Source: Rhynchobatus australiae | Taxonomy: Eukaryota | Reading direction: 5' to 3' | Length of the DNA: 64,000 bases | Assembly: GCA_034780895.1 (NCBI GenBank) | Contig: JAUZTB010000118.1 | Location: 69,593,974 to 69,657,973 of the forward strand | Shown here: positions 37,172 to 50,700 of the stretch, piece by piece | Layout: every line of letters starts with the position of its first letter | Position numbering within the stretch: the stretch's first letter is position 1 | Notes under the pieces: model-generated | Seen by the model: the letters and a program-made list of their open reading frames with translations, nothing else | The model's database searches: none | Told to the model about the DNA's origin: nothing | Made by a program: the position numbers and the translations under genes

Positions 37172-40100
37172 GCCATATTCTCAGCCTTGGTGAAACAACT
37201 TGGATTTCTGTAAGGTGTATGGTTAAAGCAATCATCCATATATTGCCATGGATCCCTGAGGCTCTGCAGTTCTTGGAAAGCTACATTTACTCTTGTCTCT
37301 TGCTAACTCCAAAAGACCAACTGAACTTCCAAAGCAAATAGAAATTTTTACCTCTTTCAAGGTGACACATCCTGCACCCATACAGTTGGGCCTTGTGATT
37401 CTTCACTGTTGACTTCCATGGGTGAGTATAAAGACCTACTTTAACAGATGGTTTAGGTGCTTATTGCCCTCTGATAGACATGGGAATTCTCAAATTAGCC
37501 TACAAATCCAGGATAAAAAATATTCCAAAATATGCACATCTGACTTAAGTTACAGATTAAATAATATATTTATGGAATGTTAAAATTTCCAGCCAAACGT
37601 TCATCAATCATTTCCACATTCTTCACAATCAACAATCCGGTGGAAAGTGACTGAGTTTCCAAATGTCATTTTATTTGTTCGAATCCCTGTTGAAACCTAT
37701 TTGTTTGTAAACCACCCATAACCTATTACAGATAGACAGTAGTTAAGAGTATGATGTTAAAAAATTGTTTTAAAAATATTTTTGATGTGACTAAGAATGA
37801 TAATCTGGTGGAGGTTATTCAAAAACAAATATTTTAATTACTTTCCATTTTGTCACCATCAGTGAAAACCATTTTAAATAATTAAATTTAGAGAACTATA
37901 AATCACTATATACAAATCGGTTTCTAATTTACTCAATAACTGCCTACTATGGACCAACAAAAGCATCAAATTTAATAGGTACCTATCTATGTCACCTACA
38001 AAAAAACTAAAGAGTCTCCTTGAAGGCCTGAATGTCATCGCATTTAGAACCATTCCATGGTGAGGTCCAGAGAGATTTTTTGACCCAATGATCATGGAAA
38101 CAACGTGCGTGGATGTAGTCTGCATTTGAAATTCCTCTTCATTTATGCTTTTATTTGACTGATTTTTTTTACAAATTGGCCTAAAGATACCAGCACAAAC
38201 CAACAGAAACTCTAAGCTGTTAACTAATAGTTTAGATGTAAACACCATTAAGAAATAAATGGATAGAAAGCGGGTGAGTTTCGATGCTATCCAATTTCCA
38301 AAGTTTGGAATTTCTAGGCTTGTTTGTGCAATGTGTTCAATGGGTAGTCATGTTTTGTAACTGTTATTAATCCAATTTTCTTCACCCTTTACCCCAAGGC
38401 AGTGAAGTAGAATTCCACTGATACTGGATTCCTCCAGTGGTCGTTCATCAGGTGAGTCTTTGTCAAATTACTCTGTAACAGGGACACTCACAGCCAAGCC
38501 TAATCATATTCTACGTGTCCATTTCACTTTGAAGCACAAACATGTTCCCTGAACCAACTTTTCCTTCTTGTGGCCAATCGATACTAAGTGCCAATAGGAG
38601 CACCATACACCCATAGTTCAGATCAGCTAGGATCACACAGCCCAAAAATATTCAACTACAAAGATATTGGGAAAATATTACCACATTACATTCTGAGTGA
38701 ACATTCCAATCAATTTAACTGTAGTGTACATTAACTACCAAGGCATCATGAGAAATATTCTGCCGGTTACTTCATTTTCAGGATGTGGTCAATATGGTAG
38801 GGTTTATGTTGAAAAAGTCAACACAATAATATTTTACATGAACCTTTCTAACTATAGCTGGGGTACAAAGCTGTCAGGGGACTTTGATCTATGTGCTAGA
38901 ACTCCAGAGTCCAGATAACAATACATCGCTAGTGATTTGTTTTCCATTCGCATGTTTCACTCCCACTTATTTTCTCCCAATATTAGTGGCTGAATAGATG
39001 CCGGAAAATTACACTGTTCATGACCAGGTATGCTGATATTGTCTCTGTTCCTGGCTTTCCCACAGCAGTTAACTTGGTCATTGTACTGGGGTTTCACAAA
39101 ATTGATGGTGCTGTTTAAGATCTATCTACCATGATGAGTCTAATAAGTGTCTTTCTGAGCAAGATCTGCATAATCACATTTAACTGCTAGGCAGATTGCA
39201 TTTCTTCTGACAACAGTAATTTATAGATAAAAACCAACCATGTGAATATCATCCAAGTGTAGAGCAGTTTCTGTGTAAATTATTGATCATACTTTGCCCT
39301 TATCTCAAACATTGGGCCCTTCTGCTGATATGATCAACCCCGATGGCACATCAAGCCTGAAAAGAGGCAAGAACATTATTGCCTTGGACTAGAGACTGCA
39401 GCACGAGAGCCAATCAATCAGCCTTATGACAGCTTTTACAACCTCTTTACACAGCCCAATTTGGCCTGCAGGCTTCTTTGTTCATTTTTCTCCTTTCACT
39501 CTACTAAGGTCAATGAGTGTGGTGATTTGCAGACACAGCACCATTGTATACAGCAGCATTCTTTTAAGTTATTTGTGAATCATCTTAAAGACTAGCTTCA
39601 AAATGATACTACAATGTTCTACAAACTGTAAAGCTATTTCATTGTCCAAAATGGTAACAGTCACTGACCTGTTTTAAATTTGATTCCTCTCTCTACTTTT
39701 GGAAATATCAGCAATTCAAAAAAAAAACAAACCTGTTCTGTGACATGCTTCAGTACATGAACCAGTTTGGGAATGAGAGCATTTGAACAGGATGGACCCA
39801 GCATTAATCCCAACAATCCCTACCAAGCTCACACCATCATTTTGGGGAAAAAGTAAAGTGTAGTCCAATCCATTTTGTGCCCTCAAGAACACAAACTTGC
39901 AGCAAATGAGGAAGGGATAAAGTAGGATAACAAGGAGACAGAGGTCAACAGATGTGATCAGTTCTAACTACTCAAAGTATTTGCTTTTCGGGGAACAGGA
40001 TAAACATACTGCTGGATGTGGTTGTCACAGGGGGTCAATACAAAAGATCAGCAAGGTTTTACTTGCGATCTCAAGCCTGCGTTGACTGAGCTGAGCGTCA

Positions 40101-42687
40101 GTTGGCTTGAGGTGGTACAATTAATTGCAGCACCTCTGGACTCCAAGGGAAAATTGCTCCTGATCACTATACTATTTGGTGACTAATTGAAGACAGGATC
40201 ATGGTCAGTATCTACCCATAAAGATGGTCAGTATTTACCCATAAAGATTCTTTATTAAATAATGGTTTGTTGGCCAAAGGGCAATGGCCACCTGTGGAAA
40301 TCAGTGACAGGCGTATGTTTTTGGGAAGAGGAAGAGATGGGAGAAAACTAGCGAGAAAGAAAGCACTTCTGAACAATGCTCATATCCTTTAAAAGAAGAT
40401 AAATCCAAGTTCTTTCACTCACATCAGTCAGAATGAAAAAAAAATCAATTATTGCAATTATTTACTGAAATAAAAATAAATTAAAACATCTTTAACTGTC
40501 CAGTTTTAAAGCAACAATCAGAAGTATTTGAAAAGGATGCAGATGCAGCATGCAGTAAAAGCTGAAGGCAGCTGACGGTTCTCATCCAGCCCTGTTTCAG
40601 TGCCTGTCACACCTGCTCCATTTGTTGTGACCGAGTCCTCCGATAAGACATGACAGCTCATTTCAGCAAACCTGTCAGCCACTGAATCTCTGCAATCACT
40701 GGCAGCCAAAAGTGGGAATCTGCATGCCAATTCCACCCCGGCTTTCAGACTGCCTGCTCAACATTAGCCGACTGCACTGCAGCCGTTTGTAAAGGACGGC
40801 TTACCAATTCCTGCCCATCTGAATCAAACATTTGTTTATCTTGGCATGTAAGTCAGGAAAGCGGTGTCCTGTGGTGAGTGCTGAAGTGTGTGTACAATGT
40901 CTGGGAGTTACAAGACAAAAAATTAAACTGCCAATACTTTCAGTCCAGAATGATTGCTGGTGTCATTTACAACATCATTTCTAAGGCTTCACCAACACCT
41001 GAGTGGACATAATTTACAAGACGACATCTAGTACTTATGCTGAAATTAATCCAAAGCCTTTCTGCTTCAGTTAAATAGTAGGATTTCTCCATTCCTGTCT
41101 GCCATCAGAAAAGCTGAAAGGTTTTGGCAATTCACATTTTTTTTTCAGTTCATTTTTAAGCACTTTCTGCTACTGCTAAGTGTGTTTGGTATTAAAATGC
41201 AATTTGATTTGTGGTTTTTGCATGTCCTCTGTATTATCCTCCTTGAAGAACGGTCAGGGCTGATGAGGTATTTAAACAGATTAGTGAAATTCAGCTGGCC
41301 TGCAGAACAAGAGCCTCCCATCTGTTAAATTCCCCCAGACAGAAAGGCCTGTCTATTTAACCGTCACTCATGTTCAAGCCACAGCTTACAAATGGAGGGT
41401 GGAAATGGGGGTTGTGTGATGGAGAAAAAGCTAGCATTGAGCTAGCTCCACTGGGACCAAGTTCCACTGAGACGGAGGGGAATGATGAGGCACCGTGCTG
41501 CAATCAGTAGTCACAAAAAACAAAATCGATCCACATGGAGTGAAGCTTATGATTTAATGTCACATCAGCAAGTTTCAGGCACTTGATCTTGCCTGTGGAT
41601 ACCTTGGATTTAATGAACAGCTCGGTTCAATGTTGTTCATAATAGCAGGCTGACATCAGTAGTGCATGAGTTCCACTCTGATGGTAAGCTTTGGTGGTGG
41701 AGTTATCACTTTTTTCTTAAATACATTTGCAGATGTTCAACAGGAATAGCTATAAAAAGGATCTTCTTAAAACAAAACCAACAGAGCAGAAAGCTATTAC
41801 ACCATAATGGAAATAAAACTGTAGTAGCCTTGAGGCAATTTCACTAGAAAATGATTGCAAATTTTCATACTGCGTCTTCAATGCCAACATTATAGAATTG
41901 AATACATTTTATTTCAATACCACACAAGGTGCTTCCAATTAAGAAAAAGAGTGAATTCTGTTAACCCTTTGAATCCTAGGCTCCATCATCAGGTATTGAT
42001 TAATCTCCTTTGAAATTATTGCTGAACCTCATATTATCTAACATGCTTCAGGCAACACGTACAACAAATACAACCTAAAAGAACCTCTGTTAAATCTACC
42101 TCAAAAGCCAAAAAGGTTGCACCACTAATTTTGCTACAGGGAGCAAGTTTTCTAAACAAAGCACATCGCTGTTCAAAGTTTTGTATTTAGTATTGCTTGT
42201 ATCCAAAAATTGAGGGTGAAAAAGACACATAAAAGAGCTATGTCCATCTAGAGATCTGAATTTAACAACAATGTCAGACAGATGCTGGGATGAAGATGTA
42301 GTCCCCTCTGCATTACACTGGGGAAATGGTCATTTGTATCCTGCTGCCAGTCAGACCTGACATAGGATATGAGGCAACTGATTTCAATGAGTATTATAGA
42401 CCTACAGATTAGGAGAAAGGGAAAGGCATGTTGCTTTTTAATTATTTGGCTTAAATTTAGAATGTTTAATTATTTATGTGACTTAATTAATTTATTTTAA
42501 GAAGAGTTTTTTTTAAGTTACTTTAAAAGCTTTGAAATCTATTTGAATACCACAGATATTTGAAGGCTATTGATATGTCCCTAGCTTTTCCCCTTGTTGG
42601 GGACATCAGGGCTGTTTTGAGAGTGGGGCTTCCACACTCCCCTATCCTCAGCCCAGATATTATCTGGACTTTTTTTCCATAGGACTT

Positions 42688-42724
42688 TGTGTGTGTGTGT
42701 GTGTGCGTGTGTGTTCGTGTATGT
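42688..42724. repeat. (TG)n microsatellite
   Basis: Directly visible. Confidence 0.85.
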
Positions 42725-45700
42725 GGGGAAGGGGGGAAGGTGGTGGCATTTGTTCGTGAGCAAGGCTCTGTGTCTCTGGCCCTAGCGTCCAATGATGGTG
42801 AGTCGAGGTAGCGGGCACAGGATCGGGCTCTGTGCTATCTAATTTGTCGGTCTCTTCTAGACTTGAAATGTGACAAGATTTTGAATTTGCTCACAGATTA
42901 CAGGTGTCAATGGAAAGAAGCCACAAATAAAAATAGGTTCAAAAAGAGAGCAGGAGTGTTGCAAGGTTACAATAAAGATGCAAATAGGTAACCAATAATT
43001 CCGTCAGTCGTCTACTAGAGTTGCAACAATATTGCGACTTGGCATCAGTCTCTTCATTAAATCCCAATTAGTCACTGTTACTACAGCAGCTACTCTATGT
43101 TTTGTAAGGTTCTGTAAATAGTACTGGAAAATATGTCCAGTTAATTTGGTTTATGTTTGGTGTTGACTCAATGATGTTTTGGCCTAGAAAGCTTTTTTTT
43201 TGTTTATTTCTTCATAGGATGTAGACTTACCAGCAATACCGGCATTTATTGTCCTTCCCTAATTGCCCCTGCACTGAAGAAGCAGTTACAGTGGTTGGAT
43301 TCACATTACAAGTCAGATTGGGCAAGGAAGCCAGATTTCCTTCCCTGAAGGATTTTGGTGGATTAGATGGGTATTTACAACAAACTGGCAGTTTAATGGT
43401 TAGTGAAACAAGAATTTTAGTTTACACCCCTGATTTATTTAATTATTTTAATTTGTATTGCCTAGCTCCCCTGGTGGAATGTGAACTTATGCCTTTGGAT
43501 CAATGATGTAGAATTCTGGCTGCTATGTTACTGTATTCCTGCAACAGCTGCCCAGTTTGTCTTTGAATAGTGTCATGGGCAAGGGCCTATCTAAATTACA
43601 CAACAAACTTCAAACAATTGATGCTGAATTGTGGCAAAGAAGCAAAATTGCAAAAAAGTAGTATTGACTTTTTATTCACTGTGGCAATTTACATTAGTCA
43701 GTAGGCATAATTGCTTTTTAAATCATTTATTTTAAAAATATTTTGCACCTTATTGTCTCATGACTTCTGCTCAGAACCAGCTGCTGTCCTTCTTCAGAGT
43801 TTGCCATTGCTCTTCATTCTGGATCGGGCTGTGATTGGGGAGGCATTGATGGACCTGCGATGGGCGAGGGTTGCTTTATTCCCCCTTACACCAAGGCCAG
43901 GGCAGATGCAGCCCCAACATTTCGCTCTATCCAGTCCTGGGAACAGGGCCCACCAACCAATCAGCTAATCCCCGAAACATCCAGAGTCCGTTCACCTCAC
44001 CTACCACTTTTTCTGCACCCTGACCAGTGGTACTGGACCTGGACTTGTGTGTGTGTGTGATTCCTCTGCGTGCTTTTCCCCCTGGTGTTACTCTGCCATT
44101 TCTCTGTCTCCATCCAGAAGAGTGAGGGTCAGTGTGTGTGGGACAGTCAGTCAGTAAGTGTGGGGCAGTCAGTCAGTGTGTGAAAGAGGAAGTGAGATGA
44201 CACTTGGACACTGATGGCCGATGCAGGACAGGACTAATGTCGGGAATCTGCAAATTCAGCAAAGTCACAACCAGGCCTTAGTCATGGGATCATTTATTCC
44301 CAGTTGGACAGAAAGGCAGCTGGTTCACAGGTAATATTTCTGAGGTTAAAATAGAACCCAGTACAGAAAAACTGGAACCAATTTGTGAACCAAGTGAAAG
44401 ACAGACTGGAATTTCAATTAATGAAGAGAACAGCCTATAGCACAAACAAAACGGATCATACAAAATGCACAAACCTTCTGGAGAAAACAAGATGTAGCAA
44501 CATCATTTGTTACAATAAAAGGTCACAAATAACAGTACGTACCGAACAATAAAAGTGTTCTCATGAACCTGAAATTAACACAGATACAACCTTGTGTTGC
44601 CATCTGCACCGCACTGTGGTTTCTCCAGCATGAAAGGCTTCCAGCAAGAAATTCAGCAATAAAAAGACTAAATTTGAAAATAAAAAGATTATCCTTTCAT
44701 AAATTCTTGAAAGGCAATTGCAGATTTACTCCATGTTATATAAATACTGAGTGTCTTTGTCCACATGTTCTAGTCCCCGCAGATTAATGAAGTGCTAAGC
44801 GTTTATTTTACGCCATCAGCAAGTGGAATGTCAGTACAGCCAGCTTCTGCACAAGCACATCGCACAGACTTTATATTGTACTAATTAAAATCACTTCAGT
44901 TGAACCTGAAAAAGTTAATTTGCGTTTTTCTATTTATTGGTGAGCAATTCAGGCTGCAGGATGCTGTTAAAAAACAATTAGTTACTAACCCGATTAGTTG
45001 CCAGACTGCCTTCATCTGACAAAGAAACGGAGGGTAAAAAATGTCGCACACTGACCCAGGGCAACCATAGCAGCAAATCTTGATGACCCCCTGAAAATGG
45101 CATTCTGCCAATACCCTGTTAAAGCAAAGAACAAACTAACATTGTGGAAGATAAAGTTTTAACCAGTTTACAGGTAAACAAGATGCAAACATCTCCATTG
45201 GTAATGTGATGGCTGCTGGCATTTGTATTACCATGTACAATGTGAACTGCAGTGCTACACTTGCTGGTTCACCAGCACTTGCCGGTTCACTAGCACTTGC
45301 CCCAGTGGATGTGAATTGGAGGTGGTCAATTATTATCATTTTAGTAAAGTCCGCAAGAATTACTTAAGGATACTTACACCAATTTTCTACTTACACTATA
45401 CAAAACTATTGTTACTTTTATGTGGCAGAACAGCTTTGAATACTGAAATGCTGTTCTATGAGAGAGAAAAATGTACTTTTCTGTTATTGAACGCAAGATT
45501 TACAGAGTGCTGAGCAGGCTGCATTAATCACCCTGTCTGCTCCAACATTCCAATCACAATTGTCCTGCGTTTCCTCCCCTTTTTCTGATTCTCCTAATGT
45601 GCCTGTCCACCTCTCACTTTTCAGCTCTACAGCTTGTCTGTTCTCCCTCAGCTGCCGACTGACACATGCCGTATGTTTCCAAGATTTTCCATTCATGTTA

Positions 45701-46329
45701 CAATTTCTAGCATCTGCAGTACTTCTTTTCTCACGCTATATCCATCTCTTTTTTACATTTATTATAGGACGGTCCCAAGGGCGCAATTCTCAACACTCTA
45801 CATGCGCACTCCTGTTACTTCTCTTCCTGTGTTGTTCCTAATGATGCCCAGCGGCCCAAGATTCACATAGTGAAAAGGGAGCCAATTTTATCCCCTGCTT
45901 TAACTGGTGATCTGATAGCAGCTCCAGTCAACCAGCTTTCCTGCTGATTTAACAGGAAAGCAATGATTATGATGTTGCACAATTTTCAGAATAAGAATAG
46001 CAGATATAGAGGCAGCATTTTGTTATAATGTCCCTAGCTGCATGCTTAGTTAGTCAATGTTACTGAGTTCTATCAATGGACAAGCTGTTTTTGAATATGC
46101 AAGTAAATACCGTACTACAATTTGACAAATGATTGATCATGATGCTGCTATGGCAACACTCTGAAAAGCAACACTGGAAGCAGCAACTAAAATGCACCCA
46201 TAGATCTTCAATGGAACAAAACATTATTGTACAAAAGGTGCAAAAGAGTAGAGTAGTCACTTTATTTTTCAACTTATTCCAATGCTGTACATGCTCATCT
46301 CTGGTCATAAACAATTGCAGACGATTTCT

Positions 46330-47760
46330 GTGCCAAACCCGAAATGTACATTCATGTCTAATCTTCACCTTTGATTCAAGAATAAAGGCAGTGATAAGCC
46401 ATTCGACCCCCACCCCCATTCCCATACCTGCTCTGTCATTCAATAAGGTCATGGCTGATCTTTGACCTAGGTGCCATTCTCCTGCACTAACCCATATCCC
46501 TTGATTCCCTGAGTAATCAAAATCCTATCAATCTCTGTTGTGAACGTATTCTGTGACTGAACCTCCACAACCTTCTTAGAGAATTCTGGAGATTCATTAT
46601 CCTCATCTCAGTCCTGAATGGCCAATCCCTTAATTTGAGACAGTGGCCTTGGTTCCAGACATCTCAACTGGGGCAAAATCCATCCCTATAAATACACTGC
46701 CAAGCCCCGTAAGAATTTGCTTCAATGAGATCACCTTTCATTCTTCTAAACCCAGTAGAGTAGAGTACCAGTAGGCTTCATCTCTCCTCAGAGGTTGAAC
46801 CAATCCCAGGAATCAATCTGGTGAACCTTCTTACCCTCATGTATATTACAAGTATATGCTTCTTTAGGTAGTGAAACAGAAACTGTATATAATATTCCAG
46901 ATGTATTTCACCAAGGCTTTATATAATTGCAATAGGACGTCTTTACTTTTGTATTCAAATCCTCTTTTAATAAAAGCTAATATTCGCTGTCCTAATTCTT
47001 GTTATTAATTAGTTAAGTTTCATTGATTCATGTACAATGATACCTAAATTCCTCTGAACAATTCCTTTCAAGCTCGTACCACTTAAAAAACTCTACCCTT
47101 CTATTCTTTCTACTAAAGTGGATGGCCTTATAGTTTTCCACATGATATTCCACCTGTTACATTGAGTAGCCAAGTTGCTTTGCCCATTCATTTCACCTTT
47201 TGAAATTAAACCCTGAAACCTCTCTGCATCTTCCCCACAACCAAAACTGTCACCCAACAAACTTGGATGCTTCGCACTAGATTACTTCATCCAAGTTGTT
47301 GATGTAGACTGTGCATTGATCCCTGCAGCATCCAACCTGAAAACAACTCACTTATTCTGCTGGTTCCAATCTCAAAAATTAATAAATTTGTCAGACATAA
47401 TTTCCCTTTCATAAATGCATGCTGACTCTGCCCAATCCCATCATTATTTTCTATTAATCTATTCCTGCTATTAATCTATTCCTTAATAAAAGAGTCTGCC
47501 ATTTTCCTTGCTACATCAGGCCAATTGGTCTGCAGTATTAAACCATTTTTCTGTCCTCTTTCTTAAATAGTGCAACCTTCCAAACTATGGAAAACATTCT
47601 AGAAGCTATGGAATTTTGGAAGATGACAACCATAGCAACCAATATCTCCATAGCCACCTCTTTCAATACCTTGGAATGCAGGTCATCAGATCATTGAGAT
47701 TTATATCTGTAATTTGTTTAATTTCTCTATCACTTCATTATTCTCCAATATAATTTCACC
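46330..47760 (-). mobile_element. Old CR1 LINE 3' 1.4 kb, decayed
   Basis: cattcaataaggtcatggctgatct, gaatcaatctggtgaaccttc, aactgtatataatattccagatg and ccctttcataaatgcatgctgactctgccc are reverse CR1 ORF2/3' motifs. Confidence 0.8.
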
Positions 47761-50700
47761 TGCGTCACTCAGTTTGTAAGAGGTCCATATTAACTTTCGT
47801 TAATCTTTTCCTTTTTATGCATCTAAAGAAGCCGTTAAAGACCAACACTAACTACTCATTTAGTATGACAGTTACATCTGCTGTGTGTAAGCATGTAACA
47901 CTTTTGCTTCAATCCCTAATTGGCTCCACCGCTCCTCTTATTACCTGCTTACATCCATCATACACTTTTGCTTTTTCCTTTTGTCATTTTCACCATCTTA
48001 TTGGTCAACCAAGAAAACCTAGCATTAGTTCCATTACCATTTCCCCTTGTTACTAAAGGTACTAAACCTGTACCTGATCACCCATTGTTCTTTTAGTTCT
48101 GTCAGCCATATTTTGTTCCATATTATCCCAGCAAATTTCTTTCTTATCCTTACTCCAAGTTTGAAGTTTAGTTTGGATTTCTCCTTCTCCCATTATCAAC
48201 CTGAACTTTATGATTCAAGGACCACTGCTCACCAAATGTTCTCTTGCTGACACTTGGGTCCACTGGACTCATGTCATTCTTGTGAGGCCTTTGTTATCAG
48301 GCACAAATAGGAACAAGTTAAGTCAAAGATGAAACGGAAAATAACGGTAAAAATAAAAATAAATGCCCTTCTTCAAGCAACCTCTTCCAAAAATGATCCC
48401 CATTTAACTAAAGTGCCTTGCTGGTCTGTCACAAAGCTTGACCAGTCCACAACATGTCACAAGTAGATTTTGCAGAAAGCAAGAGTGGGCTTTTCAGCAA
48501 CCATTGGAATGGCTTCCTCAGGACTGCTCACGAGAACTTTTGCAGTTCCGTTGAGGAAAGCTATTTCAACAATAAAGTGTCTGGGTAAAAAACAAGATGT
48601 ACACAAAATTCATTTAATACCAAGGGTTATGTTCAGCAAAGTTAACCTGCAGGCTCCCAGCCCATTTTATTTTCAACTGCGCATATATAATAAAAGTTGC
48701 TCAAGGGTCTTTTTAAAATAATAACTGGAATCTAGGTTACTGAAACTCCTGTTCTTAAAAACTCTAAGAATGTTGTTGCTTGGACAGCTTTTCACATTTC
48801 ATGTAGACAAGGCATCGCTTAAATGTTGAAGAGTAAAAAGTCACTGAGTATGAACAATTAAAAATGCTCATCTCCATAACTGACAGTAATGCAGTAGAAT
48901 TTTCTTTTACAATTAAATATGATGATTTATTGGCATGAATGCTTATCGTTGCAGAAGAATTGGGCACTCCTCAGAAAGAATGTAAATATCATTTATTGAG
49001 CAACTTTATCTTTAAAGTATTTGCATATAAAAAAGAGCGTGCATTGATTTTATTAAAACAAAGTTCCTTAAAGGATCTAGGAATTATAATAACATATTCA
49101 AAAATATGCAAATGAATGTTATTTTTATATCAACACATAATAGAAACTTGCTATAGGAAAATTTTTAAACATATATTCTGTGATTAAACATATATTGTGA
49201 GATCCTACAGTTATCCCACATGTAAATATTTATAAAGGAGAATCCCTATGTATACATTTCATAACCACACTATTGATAACATCACTCAAAATGGTTCTTG
49301 AAAAATCTATTATTCTTTTTAAAAATATTAGCTGCATCAGTTGAATTGCCTTTTGTACATTCTGATTACACTTTGCTTTTACTTAATGATACCACCCTCT
49401 CCAATACCTGTGTCTGGTTATGCCACTTTTTGTTCTGTGTAGTCACTGTGAGCAAAATAAAAATTGCAGTTTGACCCAATGCCAGCATTCACAGCTAACT
49501 TCACGTTAGCCGATGCTGCACTCACAACATCTAACATTACCTATCTGGTTCTACTCATAATTCCTGGAAGTGAAGTCGCAACAGCAGTTTCAAAAGCATT
49601 ATCCAAAAATCTGGGGCCTTTTTCAGAAGAAAGGACATATGTATGACAGTCTTAAAAGTTGTATCTAAAAGACTGTATCAATNNNNNNNNNNNNNNNNNN
49701 NNNNNNNNNNNNNNNNNNNNNNNNNNNNNNNNNNNNNNNNNNNNNNNNNNNNNNNNNNNNNNNNNNNNNNNNNNNNNNNNNNNNNNNNNNNNNNNNNNNN
49801 NNNNNNNNNNNNNNNNNNNNNNNNNNNNNNNNNNNNNNNNNNNNNNNNNNNNNNNNNNNNNNNNNNNNNNNNNNNNNNNNNNNNNNNNNNNNNNATCCTA
49901 ATCATTACTATGAAACAGAGAACCAAGAGAAATAAATAACACTGAGAAGTGTAAAACAAAAAGGCAAATCCAAAATATGTATTGTGCTCTTGGACGTCAT
50001 CTAAGAACTCTGCTTATGTCCTTACAGAGATCTCCCTGGTGGCTAATTGCCAGGGAGCATATGACTACACTCTAGAAGCTCGACATGGCTCCCATGGTCA
50101 CCAGCCTGTCCACATCCTCCTGACCTCCTCCAATCATTGCAGCATTCATCCACTTATTAGCAACTCCTCCCTGCAGCTAGAAGAGTATGGGTTGCATCTC
50201 CAAACTGCCTGCAAAGATTGCACCCGCCCTGTTACTTTGAGAATTTGACAAGTCAACAGGGAAACTTGACAATGCTATTCTGTGAACCTGAAAACTTTTA
50301 TTTTTGAAAATTAAAGTTCTCACTCTTTATGTGACTTTCAAAAACAAGATGAGGATGCAGAGCTTCAACTGTTTTAACACCAAAACAAAATGGCATGGAG
50401 CAATTTCTCAGCTGATGTTTCCTTGTCTTTATTTCGAATTTTTTGTAAATGCCTCAGAGGAGTTGAAGAAAACAGATCAATTAATAAATCATCCTACCCT
50501 GGACAAATATTGTGTTCATTATTGTCCTTGGGTCAAAATCCTGGAACTCTCTACAAGCACAATAGGAGCACTTTATTAACCGGATTGCAACAGTTCAAGA
50601 AGGACTACTTTCTCCATCAAAATCAGTTTGGCAATAAATGTTCGCCTTACTTGTGACACCACGTGGCTAAAATAAAAAAAACTAAAGCCTTGCATTCTAA

